Assembly (NCBI GenBank): GCA_044892525.1
Contig: CM097887.1
Coordinates: 134,022,397-134,086,396 of the forward strand
DNA length: 64,000 nucleotides
Reading direction: 5' to 3'
DNA from: Schmidtea polychroa
Taxonomy: Eukaryota
Of the stretch, positions 12,401 to 24,400 are shown piece after piece (the first letter of the stretch is position 1; each line of letters starts with the position of its first letter). The translations under genes were made by a program, and so were the position numbers. The notes below the pieces were generated by a model. The model was not told the origin of the DNA. It did no database searches and worked only from the letters and a program-made list of their open reading frames with translations.

Positions 12401-15400
12401 TTGTCTCTGATCATTCAATAATCTTCCTTACTGTGGATTCGATTCAATATATACCTTCACTTGACTTGACACTTTTGATCGTGATAAATATACATAAAGT
12501 TGGCTGTGTGAAAATAAAAAACCTAAATTTATGCCAACGCGCTCAAATGATCAAAACTAATCACAATAAACAAAATGAAAATTTTTTGTAAAAATTTAAA
12601 ATATTTCTAAAAAATATTCCTATATTCTTATATATAATATAAATTATAATAGCTTTAAACAGTCAATCAGTTAGTGAGTTGGCGACGTCAAAAGTCTGCC
12701 GGATCTAAAAATATTTCCAAAAATACTTTTTCCAATTCTTTAATTAATTCTGGATTACTTCCTGTTATTTCTAATCTTCTTCAGAAATGTACGAAAAACA
12801 AACAAAATAATTCATTTGCTGATTTAATTACTGCTATTTTTATTCAAAAAGATTTTTCAAAAATTTCAAATAATTCCCTATCTGAAAACATTTGAAATAA
12901 TAAAAATATTAAATTAATAAATATTTAACTTTTATATGAATTTTTGGTTATATTCAGTATCGAACCAAACCATCAATAAATTATTTTTATTTTATATCTC
13001 AGCTTTGTTAAAATAAATCAATTTTATTTTTAGTAATTTTTATTTTGTGGATTCAATTAATAAGTCATTAATAATTCGTGACGTCATAATTGTTTTTATT
13101 TATCTTTTTAATTATTCTAAGGCTAAGTGCCCATTCATGCTCGGATTCCCCCTTAGGCTGACAAGGCTGGAGCATAGGGCCCGACTGGCGGGCCCCAAAT
13201 GTTGATTTATTATTATAAAAACTTATTATCTCTTAATTATTTGCAGATTATTATATTTATGTAATATAAGTTAAGAAGTATTTAATTATATTATATATTT
13301 CATTTAATATAATACCTTTCTAAAGTTTCTGTTGAAGATTTTGCAGAGAAAAAATCAAGAAGAAAATGTTTCTAAATTAATGTTTTTTTATTTATGAATT
13401 GTACTTCATGTTTATATCTTTTATATATGAATAAATATATTATTTTCGAAATTAAACTATATAACAGCATGAAACAAATTGACCTTTTTGTTTAAAATTT
13501 TTTTAAAAGAGCCCCATAAGATCTTTAGCCTTGGGCCCCTCGAGAGTAAATCCGTTTCTGCGTCCTTTCCTTACACATTTTTTGCATCATAAATCTTATT
13601 TTAGGCGTTTCAATTTTATTTTGACATTTTATTCAATAAAGTAAAAATAAATAATATAAAATTTTCTAGACATCTTAATTCAGACACTTGCTAGTGTGAA
13701 GCTAGACCAATCACACGATACTCTTTTATATTTGATGTGTTCATTAAAATTTTTATCCCAACCCGAAAAGTCAAAAGGATCTGAAAATATTTCCAAAAAT
13801 CCTATTTCCAATGCTTTAATTAATGCTGGAATATTTCCTGTGATTTCGAATCTTCTTCAGAAATGTACAAAAAACAATGAAAATGAACATTGTGTAAATA
13901 ATTCCTTTGCTGATTTTATTACCCAGGTAAATTTTTCATTACTACTCTATCATTCACAATTAATTTGAATAATAAAGTGAATAAAAAGTTAATTACGTTT
14001 CCATTTCTTTTTGCTGGATATTACTATTAAAATTTAATTTCTAATAAAACTTATTTAATTTTTTGATATATAATTTATTTTCATTATGACTAAATATCAA
14101 AAATTTAATTTTTATGCAACACAAAAAAGAGATATTAAAGCATTTTTCTCAGGAAATTTTATTCTCGAAATTTTATTTATATATATAATTGTTTAAATAT
14201 TCAAATTGGAATTAGTACATGTACTGGATTGAAATTAAAATGAACATATGATTTTTAGTTACTTTATTTAAAAAAGGCAGAAAAGTGAAGACTATACATC
14301 ATTTGTTAATTTGAAGCAGTTAATTTTGACCTGTCTCTCTATCAGCACTTGCCCCTTCGAAATGACTTACTGTTACAGTAATAGATCATGTCCAAGTGAT
14401 CTATTGAGTTTATTTACAAATTTGAACTTCATGCAATTAATAAGGATTTACCAAAATCTTTTATGACGAAAGAATGCAAAGAATTAACGGATGTTATCAA
14501 AGTTGATGAAGTGTCATCTTATTATAAATATAAAGGAGAAACAGTAAAACAAAGAACCGAACAATGCCATAATTTTTGTTTTCAAATTTAAAAGCCAACA
14601 TTGTTCTAAGCATTTTTACACAATAGATATAATCGTTTGTAATGTTATGGGGAATGTGATAGCGTTGAAATACAAGCTCCTATTCTAAAACAATTCTAAT
14701 TCACAGAAACAATGATAATTTGCTTCCCTGGAAATACTTCACAATTCGGGTGTAAATGACTTTGACATAACTTGTGCTGTATGCGTCAATAAACTAGTGA
14801 AATTCCTAAAAGATACAATATATAGATCTTGCAAATTTGAGATATTTACATTTATATTTAGTTAAAGAAAATATTACTTGGATTTCTGGAACTTTAAAAC
14901 TATTTTTTTTCTAAATATGAAACTTCAAAAGGTTTTTAATATCTCGAAATTTGTATGAGTGCAGTGACTGTTGCCTTCTATCACTATAACACTTAGATAT
15001 TAGATAAGGTCTCAGCAGAAGTCAGTATTTTTGAATTGGCCTTTTATCAGCTAAATAATAATCCAAATAATAATAAGTGAGTAATATTTTCCTCATTCTA
15101 TAATATATAACATCATCGTTGTACGTGCGAAGTAGATTTTATTTAACTTTTTTTATCGATATACTACTAATATAATATCAGTAATCTATTATAAACTAAA
15201 TTTTAAATATTAAAATTACTGACAATTTACTGACAATATATAATTACTGTTGTACTTACGTCCTTAACTTTGTTGACATTTGCAGTGCTCTGTTGACATA
15301 GGCATACTATTACAGAAACATACCGGTATAAATGCGTTATAAACTACTATTCTTATGATAACTGTTATAAATTGTGTCAGATTTGTCACGGGTTAAAACT

Positions 15401-18400
15401 AATTATTAAATATTTCATTTTCATTGATGGNNNNNNNNNNNNNNNNNNNNNNNNNNNNNNNNNNNNNNNNNNNNNNNNNNNNNNNNNNNNNNNNNNNNNN
15501 NNNNNNNNNNNNNNNNNNNNNNNNNNNNNNNNNNNNNNNNNNNNNNNNNNNNNNNNNNNNNNNNNNNNNNNNNNNNNNNNNAATTCAAACTTAAAATGAA
15601 TATTTCAGTGCTTCAGTTGCCTTATAAATTTGGAAAGCAATCCAAATATTTTCCGAAAATATTTTATTCAAAATCAAATTCCTGTGGTTACAGTAGTGAT
15701 AATTCAACATTATCACGATAACGATGATTTAATATTTGAAGCCTTCCGTTTGTTAAGCCGATTAACTCAATATAGTGATTGTTGTCAGTTGATTGAACCG
15801 AAATTATCCGAATTTTGTCCCTTGTGCTTAAATTTGATGCTGAATTCACGAAATGATGTAAGCTTTCTTTCTTAGTGTCAATTATATACTGTAAAGCCTC
15901 TAATAATTCCCCGCTGCAAATTTTTTACAAAAAGATTTAAAGATTTCAAATATTTCCCCATCTGTTAACAAAAATTGAAAAAGATAAAAATATCAAATTA
16001 ATAAATATTTAACATTTATATGAATTTTTGATCATATTCAGTATTGAACCAAACTATCAATAAATTATTTTTATCTATTTTATATCTCATCTTTGTTGAT
16101 AAAAAACATCAATTTCATTGACAAAATTAGTTGACTATTTCATTATTTTTCGAAAAACCTCTAATAATTCCCCACTTATATATTTTTCTAAAACATAAAT
16201 AATTAACACATTAAATCAAGTTAATATATAATATGTTACATAGAGAACTTATGATAAAACGCAAAATTTACGATATTAAAGTTGAAGGATTTTCACAAAT
16301 AGAATATAATGGTACCATGGATGGCCGCGTACTAATAGGAAAATATTTGTATTTTGTAGCTTCTGGAAAATGGACTTATAAGCGAGCACAGAAACATGAA
16401 AATTTTCGAGAAAATTTCCAAAACAATTTTCATGTCTTTTGATGAGTTTAAATTGCAAGAAAAATTAAGAAAATTGTTTTATTTTTCGAATAAAAAATAT
16501 TTTATTAAACAAGAAAATAATAATATAAGCCTCTTGCTGCAAAGTATATATTGAATAAAATCAAACAATATTCGATTATAAAAATAATAAGTATTATTTT
16601 TATTTATTAAATATTTTATTAAATATATACTTTGCAGCTTATATTATCATTTACTTGTTTAATATTTATTTAATCCTTCTAACTAGAAATCATCATTTTA
16701 TAAAAACTATTTATATTCTTCAACGTGAATTTTGTACCAAAATTTCATTCTAAAAATAGCTTTTTGATTAATACGTGGATGAACTAATAATCAGGGGTAT
16801 ACGGTAGATTATATATTGAAAAATTTGAAAATTTATAGAACCAGCAAAAGGATTAGTGACGGAATATTTAGTGATGACTTAACAATAAACAAATTTTTAT
16901 GACGTTTAAATTCTTGAAGTTGTTACATAGAACTTGGTGAAAATTTTGTTGAAAATACACAAGAGTGTATATATCAGGCCTGCCCAACCAGGAAATGGCG
17001 ACACGAATTTCGGTTGATTGTCTACTACAAACTAAAAATCTTAAATTCTGAAAAAGAAATTTTGCAAATTAAAAATATATGTTTTAAGTAGGAATGGGTG
17101 AAGTAAAATTTCTTTAGGAGTTTCCAAAAGGTAACTCAAATCTTTTTGTCTCTGAAGTATATGTAAATATTTATATATTAATAGATTTATAATAATTAGT
17201 TTTTTTTTATTTGTTTGAATATTTTGTTATGTTTTTATTCTTTTTTGTATATTTTTTAAATTTTAAAATGAAATGAAATAAACTGAAGTTATACTAATTG
17301 AAGATCTAAATTATTTGGAATTGGGTAGATCTCGAGGTAGTTGGATTAAAAAAAGTGGATCTTTAGTATGAAATGGTTGAACAGGCCCGGTATATATCAT
17401 TAAATAATAATTATAGTTAAAAATCTTGAAAGAAAATAAGTCATTTCAAGTTGTGATAAAATATCCAGAACAATAAATCAACAGTATAAGGAATTATTTT
17501 TGAGGAACTGTAGAGACAAAAATGCGGGAAAATGTATAATGTCCTTTTTCCTTAATACTTTCTATGTTATTTATATTTTGAAATTTTTATTTTACTTTCC
17601 GGATAGTCTGACAAGTAAATATTTTATCGCGTTTTTATGTCTTTCAAACGATAGAGTACTATTTGTTATATGAATTATTTCTTTTAGGATTAAAAAGCTT
17701 TTCTTTTCTAATAAATTGATAGACTTAATTAATTGTTTAGAGTTCTATTTTCAATGTTATTATAATAATTTCTAATAGAAAACATTCGCATTTCTGTCTA
17801 AAAATATTCAATAATGACAAAAAATCCTCTAACTTATGACTAAAAAGTATAAAAAACGATATTTCGTGATTTTCAGAAAATATAATGGATTTATGTTAAT
17901 TTGTCGAGATTTATACAAAAGCTATTAAGTTCAAGAAATGATTTAATTAAAACATTTACATGCTTTTATTAAAAATTAGTGTTACGTTAATTTACTTTAA
18001 TCGTGATACTTTTACTATCCGCAAGTCCGATGCCATTCATGGACCGTGAAAGTCTAGTGCTGTATTCACATTGGACGTAACAAACATTTATATTGAAACT
18101 TACTGCTATTGATGTAAGCGTCCAGTCATTAACCTATTCCCATATCATTATAACCTATCCATGATGTAATTTTATAAAAATGAGACTATGGACAAAACGA
18201 GTACTGGTCAACACAGAGCTTTGTCTGTCAAATTTATAAACCTTAAGGATTTTTTGTCCAATGTCAGAATCGACAAATAAAGATTTTTTTTGTAATAATA
18301 TCCAAGTAAAGTTAAGAAATTCATTTTATAATAAGATTAAGTAACACTATGTGAATTGTCNNNNNNNNNNNNNNNNNNNNNNNNNNNNNNNNNNNNNNNN

Positions 18401-21400
18401 NNNNNNNNNNNNNNNNNNNNNNNNNNNNNNNNNNNNNNNNNNNNNNNNNNNNNNNNNNNNNNNNNNNNNNNNNNNNNNNNNNNNNNNNNNNNNNNNNNNN
18501 NNNNNNACACTAATATAGTTTGAGGATCCAGGCAATCGATATTTATCGATTAAACATACTTCATATATAATAATCATATGGGTTTACATAACATCAATAT
18601 AGGTGTCAAAACAATCAAATATCCCAACACAAATATATCACAATTTTTAATAATAAAATGCAGAATAATTAATTAATTATATAAAATTAGTAATAATAAA
18701 GACAATAAAAATCATTAACTCATATGAAACAAATAAAACAAGAACCATTTTTTATGCATTTTTATAAGGTGGCCAGATTTCTTTTATCTTGAAAGCATTA
18801 CAAAAAATGGAAAAGTGCGTGTAATTTTAAATAAAAAAAATTATTTCAATATTTTTATTTTTTATATTTTTCATTTAAATTATTTTTTTCAATAATGTAC
18901 CATTTTCTTTTAAAACATTACAAAAGCCTTGGATATTCACTGAAGTCACTTCTAATATGGTTTCTATGTTTTTTTTGCCACTACTCCAGAAATCAAAATT
19001 TATAATTGAAATTATCTTTCAACTGTTGCATTAGTGCCCTATAAGCACATTGAAAATTAGGCAACTAATTTCAAATTTTTTATATGAATTTACTCATCTT
19101 TAAAATATTTATTTATTTCTATCCAACAAAAATTAACTCCTATTTTATTTTTATTCCATTCATATAATTTTTCCGTTGAACAATAAATTGTTTACTCGCC
19201 TAACTTCATTGAAGAGTTCACTCTCATCAATAAAAATGTCGTGATTTTCTACCACATAATGAACTGCTTTCAAATTATAAACCCAATCTAATTTATATTT
19301 CTGTATCTCGTTATTCTCATTGAAATTCCATATAATCACAGCTGTTAAACTGTGGATCGAGTATTAACTTTATCCATTTAAATTAATTAAAGATTCGAAA
19401 TTCAAATATTTATTCTCATTCACAATATTTAAACAAGAGGATTATTTTACGTCAACAATATCTTATGCAAGAAAACATCATTCTATTAATTTAAATTATT
19501 AATAATATTTACAATTATTATTTACATACCATACTTATGAAATTCTAAATTAATACACAATATTTAAATTAGTTAATTAATTACGTTAAGCTCTATTTAA
19601 TTTATTTCTTACAACAGCCATAATAATTGATTTTCACAATATTATCCAAAGCAGTACAATAAGTACAGATCATAAAAATTAAATACTGTATTTTTGAAGT
19701 ATCACGCCTGATCACCCTAATTTTTACATTACATAACATAATACTCAGTGGATAGAGTTCGTGTTTATTCATGAGATATAAAGATTTTGCCACTCCCCAA
19801 TTTATGACCAAAATATTTAGTATAGTCATAACTTTCGGTTAACATCAATGAAACTAGGTGCGTATTAAAACTATTTCAATTAGTAAATTTCCAACGCAAA
19901 GACAACATTACAATCATCATATAATCATGTTCTATTTATATACATGCATTGGTTATAGCCGAAATATGACTAAAGACACTTAGCGCTACCATTTGCTCCC
20001 ATATATAAATGCAGATAATCCTTAGTAGTAGTTGGCGAAAGTATAATTAATGTAAAATTATGATTATTAATATATGATATAGTTTGAAATGAAATTTCAT
20101 ATTTTTAGCATCTTATTCTAAGAATCGCTTATATTATTGGCGATATGCTTACCAAATCAGAAGAAGCTCGACTCACCTTATTTCCAGATAAAATTAGTCT
20201 TGAAAGTTTCTTAAAAGTGTTTCAGATATATATTCAAAAATTTCAATGCTGTGATGAAAATATTAATAAAATGTCTGGTGATTCAATTGAAAAAGACACA
20301 GCATCTGTTGATGACATAATCGTAAAACTGTTGCGAGTTATTGCAAATGCTGCCATAACAGAGCCTGTTGGTCGAATGATATGTTACAGTAAATCATGTT
20401 TAACTCTTCTCCTATCTCTTATTAGTAAGATGTCTTTTTCTAATTTATACTGTTTAAATACTTATAAAAACAAAATAATGAGAAAATAACAAATAAGAAA
20501 AATTAAGCAAAAATTTAAATTTTAGTTCAAATCTAATAATATACAAAATATACTGAAAAAATCTTAAAATTAAACTTATTTTAAAATTTTGGTTAAAATT
20601 ATGTCATTTTCACTTTTTATGCGCCATTGCCTATTCAGAAATTACTTTTATTGAAATCTATGCACGAGAATTCTCCATTCTAAAATATCAACTCAAAATT
20701 ATTCCATTAAAATGGTGAAAATTTATGAATGTATAATTTAGCTGTACAATAAATTAATGAGCTATTAGCGAGAGAAGGAAAGATCGTGCGAGATTTGCGG
20801 TAAATTTTCATGAAACATAAATAATTTATGGCGAAATGGGCAATTATTTAGAAGCAACGCAGATATCAGAGCTACTTTTCAACGGTTTCCCTTGGTGGAG
20901 GTATTTCAGGATGGCATATGAGTCATTATTATGTAGTCAATGGGACAATATGAACTATTCAATGAATCGCTTTTGAAAATTGACAATTAAAAGATTAACG
21001 ACAATGTTAAAATTATGACATTTCTAGAGGAAACTGTTATTATCAAAGTAATTTATGGATCATAGATTAATTACTATGATGTTGAAGGACTGCCAACGAA
21101 GATTATCGTTACCAGTAAAGACAAAGATGGATTGATAAAAAACAATTAAATGCTCGATCTTCTCTAAATATATGTCAAAGTTTACAAAAGTGATGTATCC
21201 ATCATTATCCAACCATTATTCCTTACTATCAATAAACAAATAGCGTAGTCTTTGAATAAAGTGGAAATAATTCTATAAGAACTGTATTGTTACCAATAAT
21301 ACTTACAGAACAAGAAATAAGAAAAATTTAAAGATATTTATCCAAAACAGTGAAGTAAAAAGAAGGTTGTATTCAAAGAAATGGGAAATACAAATCATCC

Positions 21401-24400
21401 CAGGAATAGTCTAATTGCCCGGCTTTCAGTGGTTGCTTTTGGATGTTTTAGAAGAATTTTTGATATCATTCATAGATAAAATCAGATGGCACAACTGAAT
21501 CTTCTCAGATTTTTAGAACTACTCTGTGAATCCAAGAAAATCAGCCTGTTTTCTAACGGTTGGATTGTAAGGTTTCAACAAACCTCTTATTTTGGAAACT
21601 TCTCTTTTGTATTCTTCTCTCGTATTTACGAAGATAATTATTTCATCTTTGTACATGTCTGATCGACGAAGTTTCCCAATGCATCTTCAAAATGTTTGCT
21701 AAGGATTTAAATATTCCCATCGAGTTAAACTTGAATTTTAAAAATTTAAAACATAAAACCAATTATTATGATAAATTTCACTTGATTAAATTTCAACCAA
21801 TTTCTTTTAATTCTAAAATTTTAATTTTATATTCAGACTCCAAAAAAATACTTGATAAAGAAGAGCTTTTGACAATTTCCATCTCAGCTCTGAATAATAT
21901 ATCATTTTATATGACATCCGTCAACAATATTGAAATAAAAAACAATCATTTAAAAATAATTGAAGGTTCATTTTTATTATAAATTTTCATTTTCATCTAT
22001 TATTTTCGGCTAGCACTTTATAAAATAATTGCTAATAAATATGGTAAGGATCATTTGGGTGGGATTATACGAGTGCTGGGAAATTTGTCAAGAGAAATGT
22101 ATATGAGAGATTGGATAGTAGATAATCAACTGGTTGAGTTTCTGATAACGATTCTAGATTCAGACAATCAGGATACTGTTTTCTTTACAGTTGGAGTTAT
22201 ACTTAATCTTATGACGGATCAAAATAAAAGACATTTATTACTTGACTTTAATGGGATTACAAAGTATGTTGGATNNNNNNNNNNNNNNNNNNNNNNNNNN
22301 NNNNNNNNNNNNNNNNNNNNNNNNNNNNNNNNNNNNNNNNNNNNNNNNNNNNNNNNNNNNNNNNNNNNNNNNNNNNNNNNNNNNNNNNNNNNNNNNNNNN
22401 NNNNNNNATCAATATGAAAAATAATTTATTTGGGATAGAAATGTCAAGAAATTGAATTATTTGAATTGAAGTATTGATAAAAATTAAATATTAACTTTAA
22501 AGACTAATTATATAAAGTATTTTTTAAATAGTATTTTAAAATTGATTGCAGTATGGAACTAACAGGAAACACATAAAGTAAAATCAGTATAATGTACAAG
22601 TTATCAGTACTATATTGACGTATTGGAAGCAGAAATAAGCCAGCAGCAATCGATTTGTCATCTCTAAAATTCTCTAAATTTTTAAAATATATGAGAAAAT
22701 AAAATAATATATAAACACTATATATAATATAGAAACACTATATATACATTTTATTTAAATTTATATGAAATAAATAGGTACTGATAAAATTATGAAAAAC
22801 CCATATTATCAGAAAGTTAGTTTGTTGCTATTAAAAGTAATGTCAACTAATCTTATTAACTCCATAAAATGAATGACAAATTGCATAATCACATTATACA
22901 CACTATTAACACGGTAAGTTTCCATTCTATTCAACTATAAAACTTACCAATATAGACCCTAATATCTGGCCATAAAGTAACTTATTGGTTTAGTAAACAA
23001 TGCTAGATGAACATTAGCAATTACAAATACTGTTTTCTTATTATTTTCTTATTTACATATTTATTTTTTAATTTGCATATTTATTTTCAATTTCCCTCTG
23101 ATACCTTATTTTATTTAATGTGCACAACGTTAAAGTAGGAGTACTCAACCATTTGCGGACACTGAAATCTTTTTATTCTTTAAAACAACTTACGGAACAT
23201 ACATTTTTAAAAAACACTAGGTTTTTTAATGCAACAAGTTTTAGATATTGAAATTCTAAAACAGTTCCAAAGAATCGGTTTTATTAAATGTAAATGGGAA
23301 CACATTAGAAGTTTTAAGGAGTCCATATTGAAGAACACTTTGATACTTGAGGATTTTTATACATATCTCCTTTCTATAGACTTAGGTCATGGTATAGGTC
23401 AATTTATACGACTTATTTAAAATAATAATTTGATTAATTAATTAATTAATCATTTAATTAAGACTAATAGAAGTTCTCAGAGACTTTGCTTCAAGAGATT
23501 GGCAATTAGCTGGACTTGTTTGTCAAACACTTTGGAACTATACGGAAATCATCAGTACAACAACGGAAGCTATTTTGGGAGGAGAAGAAAATACTGAAGA
23601 ACTTTTACAACTTCTGACGATGTTTACCGGTAATATTGAAATCTTAGATATATTAATAATAAATGAATTTAATAAATTTTTAAAATAAAACTTTAAAAAA
23701 ATCTGAATATTTCATTTTTTATATTTTTTCAATTTACTAATTCATAATTTCATATCATATTTTGTTGTTAACATTTTTAATTTAGTGAATAATGAGGAGT
23801 ATGATTAGTGGGATATTTTAAATGAAGTTAATATTTTTTTAATTTAATTATTTGTTTAAATGAAGTGGTTTCTGATATCTTTAAAATATTTAATTTCGGC
23901 TGTAATTAAATATTCTATTAGATTTCACAGGTCTGCCAAGAAAAAAACGTGTCGCAAACCAAATTTCCTAATTTAATTATTCACAAATCAATTTTACAAT
24001 AATTTATTTNNNNNNNNNNNNNNNNNNNNNNNNNNNNNNNNNNNNNNNNNNNNNNNNNNNNNNNNNNNNNNNNNNNNNNNNNNNNNNNNNNNNNNNNNNN
24101 NNNNNNNNNNNNNNNNNNNNNNNNNNNNNNNNNNNNNNNNNNNNNNNNNNNNNNNNNNNNNNNNNNNNNNNNNNNNNNNNNNNNNNNNNNNNNNNNNNNN
24201 NNNNNNNNNNNNNNNNNNNNNNNNNNNNNNNNNNNNNNNNNNNNNNNNNNNNNNNNNNNNNNNNNNNNNNNNNNNNNNNNNNNNNNNNNNNNNNNNNNNN
24301 NNATATCAATTAATTATACAAAAATGGAGATATTAGGTTGGTGAAAAAGAAATCTATTTTTAAGTTCATTTTGAATCTTTATTTAATATTCGCTTTGACT

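Noticed and set aside
19602-19829. 75-aa minus-strand ORF in an ARMC2 intron
   Set aside because: No domain recognised, no splice signals established, and the flanking frames are full of stops.
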